Assembly (NCBI GenBank): GCA_002753665.1
Contig: PEAP01000006.1
Span: 5,680-69,679 of the forward strand
DNA from: Magnetococcales bacterium DC0425bin3
GTDB taxonomy: Bacteria; Pseudomonadota; Magnetococcia; Magnetococcales; DC0425bin3
Length of the DNA stretch: 64,000 nucleotides
Direction: 5' to 3'
Below, piece by piece: positions 41,521-50,433 of this stretch. The notes under the pieces are model-generated. The model did not search any database and was not told the DNA's origin. It worked only from the letters and a program-made list of their open reading frames with translations. Both the position numbers and the translations under genes were made by a program. Positions within the stretch are counted from its first letter, which is position 1; every line of letters begins with the position of its first letter.

Positions 41521-42716
41521 GCCAGGGCTCCCGCCAAGTGGCGGTCCACCCGGGCCAGGTTGGTTGCCCAATCGTAGCGGTCGATCACACAGCGCCGGCC
41601 GAGGGTTCCGGCGTCGCCGGGATCGTCCAGCAGGGCCAGCCCCCGTTTCGCCAGGGCAACCGGATCGTCGGCCACCCACCGCTCCAGCCCGGGGCAGAGC
41701 CGCACCCCTTCCATCGCCTTGCCGGTGGCCAGCACCGGTTTGGCCATGGCCATCGCCTCCAGCACCTTGTTCTGGATGCCCTGCCCCAGCCGCATGGGGG
41801 CCACCGCCAGGGCGGCATGGGCCAGGTAGGGACGCACGTCCGGCACCCGCCCGGTGACCAGGATACCCGGATCCCGGACCAGGGCGGTCACCGCCGGGGC
41901 GGGCCGGCTGCCGACCACCGCCAACCGGACCCCGGGCCGGACCGCCCGGATTCTGGGCAGCACCGCCGCGGCGAACCAGGTCACCGCCTCGACGTTGGGC
42001 CAGTAATCCATGGCCCCGGTGAACACCACCACCGGCCCGCCGGGGGGATAGGGATCCGGATAGTCCAACAGGGGCGAGAAATAGGCCGCGTCCACCCCAT
42101 TGTCGTAATGGTCCACCCGCCCGGCCAGCTCCGGGGCCAGGCTGCAGAACAGATCGGCCTCGGCCCGGCTGACGAACAGGGCGGCGTCGAACTGGCGCAC
42201 CACCTCCTGCTCGAAGGCCAGCAGCCGGGTGGCTTCCCGGCGGTAGATCCAGGCCAGCGGCCCCCGCTGCCGCCGGGCATACTGGGCCCATTTCTGGGAG
42301 TCGGCATCAACGAAATCCATGACCCGCCGCTGCCGGATCGGCCCCAGCACATAGGGCGCCATGCCGGAACTGTAGACCACCACCAGCTGCACCTCCTCTC
42401 GGGCCAGGATCCCCCGAACCCAACGGGCCAGCTCCGTCCGGTACAGATAGGGCAGGGTCAGGGGCTGGCCGGTGAGCAGGCCGGTTAACCCGCGCCACCG
42501 GGCCAAGCGGGGATCCAGCTCCAGAATCCGGCAGTCGCCCCCGGCCATCGCCCGCACCGTCTCGCCATGAACCTGGTCGGCGGGATCATCGATGAAAGTC
42601 CCCAAGTGAACGCGAAACCGTTGCGCCACATGGCGGAACAGCCGGTAAGAGCGGATCTTGTCCCCCTTGTCCGGGGGGTATGGGATGCGGTGGGACAGGA
42701 ACAGGCAGTCGGCCAT
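41517..42716 (-). CDS. GT4 glycosyltransferase (PEP-CTERM/EpsH1-associated sugar transferase 'stp1'-like)
   Basis: N-terminus MADCLFLSHRIPYPPDKGDKIRSYRLFRHVA is characteristic of this family. The 5' part of ORF 41517..43709 overlaps the FemAB-like gene and was rejected. Confidence 0.8.
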   Translation of the reverse strand: MADCLFLSHRIPYPPDKGDKIRSYRLFRHVAQRFRVHLGTFIDDPADQVHGETVRAMAGGDCRILELDPRLARWRGLTGLLTGQPLTLPYLYRTELARWVRGILAREEVQLVVVYSSGMAPYVLGPIRQRRVMDFVDADSQKWAQYARRQRGPLAWIYRREATRLLAFEQEVVRQFDAALFVSRAEADLFCSLAPELAGRVDHYDNGVDAAYFSPLLDYPDPYPPGGPVVVFTGAMDYWPNVEAVTWFAAAVLPRIRAVRPGVRLAVVGSRPAPAVTALVRDPGILVTGRVPDVRPYLAHAALAVAPMRLGQGIQNKVLEAMAMAKPVLATGKAMEGVRLCPGLERWVADDPVALAKRGLALLDDPGDAGTLGRRCVIDRYDWATNLARVDRHLAGALA

Positions 42717-42721
42717 GGCCC

Positions 42722-43765
42722 TCACCCCAGGCCGCGGGACAACCAGGGACCCACCACCCGGGTCAGTCCCAGGGGCAGCCGCTGCCAGAGGGCGATGAAG
42801 AGCCGGTATTTGGGGTTGAGAGGATTGTACTCCGGCATCCGCTCCGCCCGCACCAGATGGTAGGCGTAGGGCAGAAGGGAGGGGGTAAAGCCGAAGTTCT
42901 TCTTGAAGTCGAAGGAACCGGTGCCCTTTTTCGACCGTCCGAAATCGAACACCCGCGCCCCCCGCGCCAGGGCATGGCCCATCAGGGTCCAGTACATGAA
43001 CGGATGGGCCCCCAGGCCCCGGGCCGCGGCCACGCCGCCGCCATAGAAGGGCAGCACCTCGTCCCGGAAATAGAAGCTGAGGACTCCGTTGACATCCCGG
43101 CCCTGGTGGGTGATGACCAGCCCCTGGCAATCGGCCCCGAACACCTCCTGCAGGGTGGTGAACAGCGCCTTGGGGAAGACCGGCGTGCCCAGATTGCGCA
43201 CGCTTTCGGCATACAGGGCATAACAGCGCTCCGGGTCGGCGGTCACCATGCCCGTCAGCCCGGCCTGGAGGCCCCGCCGCACCTCGGCCCGCTGTTTGCG
43301 GGGAATCGCCTGCAGGTTGGCCTCCTGGTCCGCTTTCATGGGCTGGCGGAAGGTGTAATAGAGATCCCTGCCCTGCCACCCCGGCGGCAGGGGCGTCTGC
43401 CGATGGCGCAGTTCCAGGTGGTCCACGGCCAGCCGGTGGGCCAGCGCCTTGCCGGCCTCCTCCAGGGCCTGCCAGGCGGCCTGGTCGCGGGCCAAAATGC
43501 CGCCATACACCCCGAAAGGAATGGAGATCAGGGCATTGCCGAACAGGCGGCTGCGCTGGTGGACCAGGGGCAGCACCCCCCGCAGCTCTTCGCCGGCCCA
43601 GACTCCCAGGTAGTGGCAGGGATGGTGGAATGCCCGCTCGATCACCCGCCGCCAGCCCAGGCGATGGAAAAAGGTTCCCTCCGCCTGTGCGAACACGAAG
43701 GCATCCCATTGGGCTTCGCGGTCCGGCTCCAGCGGGCGCACCTGGAGGGAAGCGGCCCCGGTCAT
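42722..43765 (-). CDS. FemAB-family (GNAT-fold) protein, PEP-CTERM-locus type
   Basis: 347 aa. WDAFV...GTFFHRLGWRRVIE... and ...GNALISIPFGVYGGI... match the FemAB-related layout. ATG 43765 overlaps the upstream stop (ATGA). Confidence 0.7.
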   Translation of the reverse strand: MTGAASLQVRPLEPDREAQWDAFVFAQAEGTFFHRLGWRRVIERAFHHPCHYLGVWAGEELRGVLPLVHQRSRLFGNALISIPFGVYGGILARDQAAWQALEEAGKALAHRLAVDHLELRHRQTPLPPGWQGRDLYYTFRQPMKADQEANLQAIPRKQRAEVRRGLQAGLTGMVTADPERCYALYAESVRNLGTPVFPKALFTTLQEVFGADCQGLVITHQGRDVNGVLSFYFRDEVLPFYGGGVAAARGLGAHPFMYWTLMGHALARGARVFDFGRSKKGTGSFDFKKNFGFTPSLLPYAYHLVRAERMPEYNPLNPKYRLFIALWQRLPLGLTRVVGPWLSRGLG

Positions 43766-44634
43766 GGCCTGGGCGCCTCGGCTCCCGGGATCACGTCCCG
43801 GAACACCTGAACGATGGGACCCCAGCGAAAATCCCGCAACAGGGCCGACAGGCGGTCCTCCATGCGGTGCAGGTTGAGATAGTGGCGAAAACGCGAGCGC
43901 AGCCCGATGTGTGGCAGACGGGGTTGGTCGGGGTCCAGCTCCCACGGATGGCAGTAGAAAATGGCCGGCCGGCCTTCCCGATGGTTCAGCCGACGCAACG
44001 CCCAGCGGCTGAAGGCATAGGGGAACAGGCGAAAATAGCCGCCGCCGCCGCAGGGGATCCGCTGTCCGCCCACGGTCACCGTGGCCACCGGCAGCTCCAC
44101 CACCCCACCGGGATGGGGACGAAACGGGGTGGGCGGAGCCTCAGGCATGCCGTAGAGGTCGTGGCGGATGGGATAGATGCTGGAGCTGTAGAGGTAGCCG
44201 GCCCGGCGCAGGCGCTCCAGGGCCCACAGGTTGTCGCGGCCGATGGAATAGGTGGCGGCCCGGTAGCCGACCACCGGCACCTGCCCCACCTCCTCCAGAA
44301 AATGCCGGGTGGCGGTGACGTCGGCCAGAAAGGTGACCGGATCCTGGCGGGTGGCCCGTACATGGTCGAAACCGTGACTGGCCAGCTCATGTCCGCCGGC
44401 CACGATCCGCCGCACCAGACCCGGATGCCGGCAGGCAATCCAGCCCAGGACGAAAAACGTAGCCCGCGTCCGGTGGCACTCCAGCAGAGCCAGAATACGG
44501 TCGGTGTTGGCCTCCACCCGGGAGTCGATGGCGAGCCAGCGGCTGCGCTCCAGATGGGCCTCGAAGGCGGCCACCTGGAAGAAATCCTCCACATCGATGG
44601 TCAGGGCGTTGACCAGGCCTTCAGCCACGGCCAT
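43762..44634 (-). CDS. polysaccharide deacetylase (NodB homology), PEP-CTERM-locus subfamily
   Basis: N-terminus LTIDVEDFFQV, later HELASHGFDH metal-binding motif. 290 aa. Confidence 0.8.
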   Translation of the reverse strand: MAVAEGLVNALTIDVEDFFQVAAFEAHLERSRWLAIDSRVEANTDRILALLECHRTRATFFVLGWIACRHPGLVRRIVAGGHELASHGFDHVRATRQDPVTFLADVTATRHFLEEVGQVPVVGYRAATYSIGRDNLWALERLRRAGYLYSSSIYPIRHDLYGMPEAPPTPFRPHPGGVVELPVATVTVGGQRIPCGGGGYFRLFPYAFSRWALRRLNHREGRPAIFYCHPWELDPDQPRLPHIGLRSRFRHYLNLHRMEDRLSALLRDFRWGPIVQVFRDVIPGAEAPRP

Positions 44635-45757
44635 TCCCCAGCCGCGCCTTGAGAATCGCGGCGATGCGCTCCCCGGCCCGGCCGTCCCACAGCTCGGGCA
44701 CCCGGCCGTCCTTGCCGCCGCCGTCGAGAATCCCGGCCAGGGCCGTGGCGATGCGGCTCGGATCGGTACCCACCAGGGTGTTGGTGCCCTGGATGACGGT
44801 GATAGGCCGTTCAGTGTTGTCCCGCAAGGTCAGACAGGGAATGCCCAGGGCGGTGGTCTCCTCCTGGAGCCCGCCGGAATCGGTCAGCACCACCCGGGCA
44901 CTCCGCAGCAAGCCCAGCATCTCCAGGTAGCTCAACGGCGGGGTGGCCAGCAGGCCGGGGGTCTGCAACGCCGCCTCCAGTCCAGCCTTCGCCACCGCCT
45001 GACGGGTGCGGGGGTGGAGGGGAAAGATCAGGGGCAGCTCCCGGGCCGCCCGGCCCAGGGTCGCCAGCAGGGAACCCAACACCGCCGGCTGGTCCACATT
45101 GGCCGGTCGGTGCAGGGTGACCAGACCATAACCATGGTCCATGGACCAGGGCGCTCCGCCGGTCAGCCTGGAAACCACCCGCTCCGGGGCAGGGGCCCGG
45201 GGCAGCAGGCGCCGCAGGGTGTCGATCATCACGTTGCCCACGAAGTGGATCTTCTCCGGCGCGATCCCCTCCCGCTGCAGTTGCGCCACCGCCTCCCGTT
45301 CGGTGGCGAAGAGCAGGTCGGCGATCTGGTCGGTGAGCAGGCGGTTGATCTCCTCGGGCATGGTGCGGTCGAAACTGCGCAGGCCCGCCTCCACATGGAT
45401 CACCGGGATCCCCTTCTTGACCGCGGTCAGGGCGCAGGCAATGGTGGAGTTGACATCGCCCACCACCAGCACCGCCCGGGGCTGGCGGCGATCCAGCACC
45501 GGCTCGAACCGCTGCATGATTTCGGCGGTCTGGACCGCATGGGACCCCGAGCCCACCTCCAGGTCCTCATCCGGAACCGGCATGCCCAGTTCCTGGAAGA
45601 ACGTCTCCTTCATGGCGGCGCCGTAATGCTGACCGGTATGGATCAACAGGGTGGGCAGGGGATCCGGCACGGCGCCCAGGGGCGGCAGGACCGCGGCCAT
45701 CTTCATGAAATTGGGCCGGGCGCCCACCACGCAGAGAACGGGACTGGAGATTTTCAT
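44621..45757 (-). CDS. wecB: UDP-N-acetylglucosamine 2-epimerase (non-hydrolysing)
   Basis: VVGARPNFMKMAAV...HTGQHY...VVGDVNST...DSGGLQEE motifs. 378 aa. Confidence 0.85.
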   Translation of the reverse strand: MKISSPVLCVVGARPNFMKMAAVLPPLGAVPDPLPTLLIHTGQHYGAAMKETFFQELGMPVPDEDLEVGSGSHAVQTAEIMQRFEPVLDRRQPRAVLVVGDVNSTIACALTAVKKGIPVIHVEAGLRSFDRTMPEEINRLLTDQIADLLFATEREAVAQLQREGIAPEKIHFVGNVMIDTLRRLLPRAPAPERVVSRLTGGAPWSMDHGYGLVTLHRPANVDQPAVLGSLLATLGRAARELPLIFPLHPRTRQAVAKAGLEAALQTPGLLATPPLSYLEMLGLLRSARVVLTDSGGLQEETTALGIPCLTLRDNTERPITVIQGTNTLVGTDPSRIATALAGILDGGGKDGRVPELWDGRAGERIAAILKARLGNGRG

Positions 45758-45780
45758 GGGAACAATCGCGGATGACCGGT

Positions 45781-46821
45781 TCAGGACTTGAACAGCCGGT
45801 TCATCAGGCTCTGCTTCTTGCGCGAGCCACCGTAGCCCCCATAGCCGCCATAGCCCCCCCCGTAGCCGCCGTAGCCCCCATAGCCCCCATAGCCGCCGTA
45901 GCCGCCGTAGCCCCCATAGCCCCCATAGCCCCCATAGCCATAGCTGTAATAGCTGCCCCCGCCGCGATTCTGGGTCTTGTTGAGAATCAGCCCGACGATG
46001 TCCAGGTTTTCCAACTGATTCAAGGCATCCTTGACGGCGAACTGGGGCGTGCGTTCGGCTTCCACCACCATGACGATCTGCCCCATGTCCCGAGCCAACT
46101 CCCGGGCCTCGGTGGTGACCAGCAGGGGCGGCGAGTCGAACACTACGATCCGGTCCCGGCCGCTCTTGGCCAGGCTTTCCAGCAACTGGCGCATGCTGTC
46201 ACTGGCCAGCAGCTCCGTGGCATGGTGATGGCGCCGTCCCGAGGGCAGCAGCATCAGCTTGGGAATGTTGGTGCGGATGAGGACCTCGGCGAAGTTTTCC
46301 ACCTTGCCCAACAGGTAGTCGATCAGTCCCTTCTGGGCCTTGAACCCCAGAATGCGGCTGACGGAAGGTTTCGCCACATCGCCATCCACCAGCAGCACCG
46401 TGCTGTCCCGTTCGGCGGCCAGGCTCATGGCCAGATTGATGGCGGTGAAGGTCTTGCCCTCCTTGGGGAAGGCGCTGGTCACCATGATCATGTTGGCGTT
46501 GGCAACCTTGCGCAGGCCCTTGCCGATGGCGTTGAGCAGCAGGGGTCGTTTGATGATCCGGAACTCCTCCGCCACCGTGCCCCGCCCCACGTCCGGCGTG
46601 AGGATGCCCTTGGATTTGAGCTGCACGAAATCCAGGGTCACCTTCTTGCGCACGTCGCGCTCGGTGATGTCTGGGATGGCCTTGATCCGGGCTTTGTCCG
46701 TGGCGCTCCGGGTGGTGGGTGGCTCTTCCTGGATCGGTTGCAGGTCCTCCAGCTCGTCAGGCTCGAACTCCGGCAGGATCTCCTCCCGGGTGGTTCTCCG
46801 TCTCACGTCCGGCTGTGGCAT
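45781..46821 (-). CDS. BY-kinase (exopolysaccharide tyrosine autokinase, PEP-CTERM-locus type) with hyper-expanded (GGY)n tail
   Basis: Walker A-like SAFPKEGKT, Walker A' LLVDGD, Walker B VVFDSPP. C-terminus is SYYSYGYGGYGGYGGYGGYGGYGGYGGYGGYGGGYGGYGGYGGSRKKQSLMNRLFKS. Confidence 0.85.
   Translation of the reverse strand: MPQPDVRRRTTREEILPEFEPDELEDLQPIQEEPPTTRSATDKARIKAIPDITERDVRKKVTLDFVQLKSKGILTPDVGRGTVAEEFRIIKRPLLLNAIGKGLRKVANANMIMVTSAFPKEGKTFTAINLAMSLAAERDSTVLLVDGDVAKPSVSRILGFKAQKGLIDYLLGKVENFAEVLIRTNIPKLMLLPSGRRHHHATELLASDSMRQLLESLAKSGRDRIVVFDSPPLLVTTEARELARDMGQIVMVVEAERTPQFAVKDALNQLENLDIVGLILNKTQNRGGGSYYSYGYGGYGGYGGYGGYGGYGGYGGYGGYGGGYGGYGGYGGSRKKQSLMNRLFKS
45826..45954 (-). repeat. 9-bp (GGY codon-triplet) tandem repeat tract encoding the tyrosine cluster
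   Basis: Plus strand reads ...GTAGCCCCCATAGCCGCCATAGCC...; about 12 consecutive GGY units, 15 Tyr in 43 aa. Confidence 0.9.
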
Positions 46822-46875
46822 CGTTCCCTCCTCGTCCTTGCGTCAGTCCATGCGTTCCAATCGCGCCACCGCTGC

Positions 46876-48492
46876 CTACTCCATCTGAAAGTACATGACA
46901 ATCGCATAGAGGACCATCAGCCCTCCCGCCACGCTGCCGAAGAACAGTCCCGACCCCAGCCACACGGGACCGGTCCCTTCTCGCACCATGGAGACGGTGC
47001 CCAACACCGGCAGGCCAAGCTCCTTCTTCAGAGAGCTGGGGGTGTCGAACACCGGACGCATGACGGACAGGAACAGGGCCATGGCCAGACCCGCCAGCAT
47101 CCCACCCAGCAGCACCACGGTCAGAAACAGGGGCCGGTTGGGGCCCGACGGGGCATAGGGCAGGTTGGGCAGATCGATGATCTTGAACTTGACCTTGCTG
47201 CTCAGCCCCTCGGCCACATCGCCGGAGAATCTGGCCTTGCCCTCGGTTTGCATCAGCTCCATCATCTTGTCCCGGGCGTGCTTCACGTTGCGCTCCAGGC
47301 GGATCAACTCCGCCTCGATGGCCGGCAGGGTGTTCTCCTGGGATTTGAGCTGCTGATAGGCGGCCTCGTGTTCCTGCACCCGGGCCCGGGTCGAGGCCAA
47401 TTCCACCTCCACCTGGCTCAGGGTCAACAGGGCCTGGCGATAGACCGGGTCATCCTTGGGATCCCGTTGAACCGGTTTGGGTCGCTCCTCCTGGAACTGG
47501 CTGGTGACCTCCTGCTTCTGCTGTTGCAGAACGGCGATGGACTGCCGCAGCGCCACCACCTCGGCATGGGTTTCGGTATAGAGGAAGCGCTTCTCGCCAC
47601 CGCGCATGTAGTACCGGCCCAGCAACTCGGACAGTTGGCCTTCCAGCTGGCGAATCTCCTGATCGATGCCTGCCGCAATCGAGGAATTGTCCTTGGCGGG
47701 GGCGGCCGTGGCCTCCTGCTCGGGGCGGGACAGATCCCGGATGATATCGTCCATCTGCCGGTGCAGGGCATCCTTGCGTTCCTGCAATTCACGCACCTTG
47801 ATATTGCCCGCCTCGATGTCGGATTGCAGCTTCTTCAGGCGCTGGTAATAGCCGCCCTCCTCTCCCGGCAGCATCAGCATCGAGCTGTTCTTGCGCTTGA
47901 AGACCTGCATCCGAGTTTCGGCTTCGGTCACCTTGGCTTCGTATTTGCCGATCTGTTCATCCAGAAAGCGCTGGGCCTCCCGGGCCCCGTCCTCGGTCAT
48001 CTGCTGCAGGGGACCTTCGTTCAGAATGTTCAACATGCCCTGCACCACCTGCTGGGTGACCCGCGGATTGGTGTGGCGGTGGGAGATGACGTACATGTTG
48101 TTGCCCTGGGTATTGACCGCCACCTGGGCGCGCAGGTCGACGATATGGCGCTCCAGGTCCTCCTCGCTGCGGATCTCCTTGGCCAGACTGGTCCCCTGGA
48201 TCACCTTGACCAGATTGCTGCGGCGCAGCAACCCGTTGAGAACCTGGCGGGCCTCCACGGTGACATCGATGCGCACCTCCATTTCCTTCAGGTAGGAGCG
48301 CAGCTGGTTCTGGGGATCCTCGATCATCACCCGGGCATGGGAGACGTACTGGTCTTCCATGAAGAACACCGCGGTCCAACCGGTCAGGCTGACAAACCAG
48401 GCCACCAGAATCATGTGCCACCGATGGCGCCACATTCCCCGCAGGTGGGTGAAGATCTGGAAATAGATGTCGCGTATGCCGAATTCCTGCAT
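46876..48492 (-). CDS. polysaccharide chain-length determinant (PCP/GumC-Wzz family), PEP-CTERM-locus type
   Basis: N-terminal TM (ILVAWFVSLTGWTAVFFM), long coiled-coil periplasmic region, C-terminal TMs. 538 aa. Sits immediately upstream of the BY-kinase. Confidence 0.8.
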   Translation of the reverse strand: MQEFGIRDIYFQIFTHLRGMWRHRWHMILVAWFVSLTGWTAVFFMEDQYVSHARVMIEDPQNQLRSYLKEMEVRIDVTVEARQVLNGLLRRSNLVKVIQGTSLAKEIRSEEDLERHIVDLRAQVAVNTQGNNMYVISHRHTNPRVTQQVVQGMLNILNEGPLQQMTEDGAREAQRFLDEQIGKYEAKVTEAETRMQVFKRKNSSMLMLPGEEGGYYQRLKKLQSDIEAGNIKVRELQERKDALHRQMDDIIRDLSRPEQEATAAPAKDNSSIAAGIDQEIRQLEGQLSELLGRYYMRGGEKRFLYTETHAEVVALRQSIAVLQQQKQEVTSQFQEERPKPVQRDPKDDPVYRQALLTLSQVEVELASTRARVQEHEAAYQQLKSQENTLPAIEAELIRLERNVKHARDKMMELMQTEGKARFSGDVAEGLSSKVKFKIIDLPNLPYAPSGPNRPLFLTVVLLGGMLAGLAMALFLSVMRPVFDTPSSLKKELGLPVLGTVSMVREGTGPVWLGSGLFFGSVAGGLMVLYAIVMYFQME

Positions 48493-48649
48493 TCTTCACC
48501 AATGATGGATCGTGTGGCGGACTGCGGACCAGCAGGGTTGCGTGACCGGAACAGGGCCTCGACTGTATCGAAAAATATACCCTCCGGCCATGGAAGTATA
48601 GCCCCCTTCGCCACCTGTCTCCCCGGAAAGCCCGCCGCGGGGACCGCTG

Positions 48650-50071
48650 TCACCGGACCCGGGGACCGCTGACTCGCTGGCCAAAAAGTACAACCTCAAC
48701 GGAGTGAATCAAAACCAAAAGATCCAGAAAAAAATTGTGATTTTTGACGTAGTACAGATCGTACTTCAGCTTTTCCACCGCGTCCTCCTCGGAGGCGCCG
48801 TATCCGTAGCGGATCTGGGCCCAGCCGGTGATGCCCGGTTTGACCCGCAGGCGCTCCCGGAAATAGGGGATGCGCTGTTCCAGGATCGCCACGAATTCCG
48901 GACGTTCCGGACGGGGGCCCACCAGGCTCATCTCGCCGTTGAAGACGTTGAGAAACTGGGGCAGCTCGTCGATGCGGTTGTAGCGGATGAAGCGGCCCAC
49001 CCGGGTGACCCGACTGTCTTGCTGTTGGGCCCAGCGGGGGGTGCCATCCTGTTCGGCATCGGTGCGCATGCTGCGGAACTTGAAAACGTGAAACACCTTG
49101 CCGCCGAAGCCCACCCGTTCCTGACGGTAGAATACCGGCTCCCGGCCCCGGCCTTCCACCCAGATGGCCAGGGCGGCGGCCAGCATCACCGGCCACAGGG
49201 TGACCAGCAACACCAGACTCAACAGCAGATCGAAAACCCGCTTGCTCACCGCCCGCAGGGTACCCTGGGTCAACCCTTCGGACTGGAGAACCCACCAGCG
49301 GGGGCTCAGGGTGTCCATGTGGATGATCCGCTGTTCCTGTTCGAAGAAGCTGGTGAGGTCCAGGATGCGCGTCCCCAGGACCCGGCAGTCCAGCAGACGG
49401 CTGGCGGTGTTTTCGTCCATCTCCCCTTCCACCGTCACCACGATCTCGTTGACGGATTGCGCTTCCACCAGTCCGGGCAGGGTGGTGGTGGCGCCCGCCT
49501 CGAGGATCGCTGCCTCGGGCACCAGCCGGGGCACATGGTTCACCGGCCAGTAGCCCACCAGGGTGATGTCCGGATGCTCCTTCTTCAACCAGTCGTCGAT
49601 CAGTCGGGCTCCTTCTCCCGTCCCGAGGACCAGCACCCGCCGCCGCAACAGGTTGCGGTCCAGGATGAAACGGGCAAAGAGCCAACGCACAGTGACCACG
49701 ATGCCATAGGCGAACAGCAGGGAAAACCCGAACGCCCCCCGGCCGATGAACAGGTCCGGAAAGACATAGAACAGCATGCTCATGGCCACCAGGCCAATCA
49801 GAAAGCTCAGGGCGACGTTGAGCAGCTCCCCGGAAAGACCATCGTCCATCAGCCGCTGGTAACGGCCGGTAGCGGTCATGCTGATCACCATGACCGCGGC
49901 AAAAAACAGCGCCCGCGGCAGCAGAACCTCCGAATGCAGCTCGTCGGGATGGGTCTGCTCCAGGAAACGGATGCTCACCCCGGCATAGACCGCACTGAGA
50001 AACCCGGCCGACTCCATGGTGAACAGCAGCAGGGACCAGCGGGAAATATAATGTTTGAAGATGCGGATCAT
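48650..50071 (-). CDS. polyprenyl glycosylphosphotransferase (priming sugar transferase, EpsB_2/WbaP-like)
   Basis: N-terminal TM bundle, central Rossmann-like region, C-terminal bacterial sugar transferase domain (KRVFDLLLSLVLL...FKFRSM...DELPQFLNVFNGEMSLVGPRPERPEF). Confidence 0.85.
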   Translation of the reverse strand: MIRIFKHYISRWSLLLFTMESAGFLSAVYAGVSIRFLEQTHPDELHSEVLLPRALFFAAVMVISMTATGRYQRLMDDGLSGELLNVALSFLIGLVAMSMLFYVFPDLFIGRGAFGFSLLFAYGIVVTVRWLFARFILDRNLLRRRVLVLGTGEGARLIDDWLKKEHPDITLVGYWPVNHVPRLVPEAAILEAGATTTLPGLVEAQSVNEIVVTVEGEMDENTASRLLDCRVLGTRILDLTSFFEQEQRIIHMDTLSPRWWVLQSEGLTQGTLRAVSKRVFDLLLSLVLLVTLWPVMLAAALAIWVEGRGREPVFYRQERVGFGGKVFHVFKFRSMRTDAEQDGTPRWAQQQDSRVTRVGRFIRYNRIDELPQFLNVFNGEMSLVGPRPERPEFVAILEQRIPYFRERLRVKPGITGWAQIRYGYGASEEDAVEKLKYDLYYVKNHNFFLDLLVLIHSVEVVLFGQRVSGPRVR

Positions 50072-50146
50072 GAATCAGACGGCATGCGACTGCCTACCCC
50101 TTGTCCGACCGGAGCGGCGATCCCCCTCGCCGGCATGTCGATCATT

Positions 50147-50217
50147 TTACCGATGAAAGCCGCGGAGCGGCTTTCATCGGTGGAGGGTGGAGGGAGGCCT
50201 CCCCCATCCATCAAAGT
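50147..50217 (-). repeat. two-hairpin ~70-bp repeat, full copy H (first of a tandem pair)
   Basis: TTACCGATGAAAGCCGC-GGA-GCGGCTTTCATCGGTGGAGGGTGGAGGGAGGCCTCCCCCATCCATCAAAGT. Confidence 0.9.
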
Positions 50218-50286
50218 GACCGTGAAAGTCGCGGAGCGGCTTTCATCGGTGGAGGGTGGAGGGAGGCCTCCCCCATCCATCAAAGT
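50218..50286 (-). repeat. two-hairpin ~70-bp repeat, full copy I (second of the tandem pair)
   Basis: GACCGTGAAAGTCGC-GGA-GCGGCTTTCATCGGTGGAGGGTGGAGGGAGGCCTCCCCCATCCATCAAAGT, directly abutting copy H. Confidence 0.9.
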
Positions 50287-50433
50287 TCCATGGCTTCTGG
50301 CAGCGCCAAGCATACCATCATCCGCCCGGGGGTTCCCGAGAAAAGAAATTTTTCCCACCGCCACCGCGCAACCTTCATGGGACCGCCTCCTTCTGGTGTA
50401 GAATCAAGAAATTCGGCCAACCGCCCACCCTGA

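Noticed and set aside
45772-48672. 966-aa plus-strand ORF across the BY-kinase and chain-length determinant genes
   Set aside because: It is antisense to two genes with clear family features and has low-complexity, motif-free composition. The same reasoning rejects 52947..55898 (+), 56465..59659 (+), 59538..63539 (+), 6682..9399 (+), 23206..25593 (-), 30671..32914 (-), 33631..35499 (-), 35595..38225 (-), 38470..40233 (+) and 1012..1914 (+).
50068-50364. Short ORFs translating the repeat elements (also 25217..25591, 25269..25553, 50101..50433, 59274..59561, 55929..56117)
   Set aside because: Their only conserved part is the repeat itself, translated in varying frames and orientations (GGGRPPPSIKV, DGWGRPPSTLHRWKS). 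They have no RBS and sit in intergenic positions.
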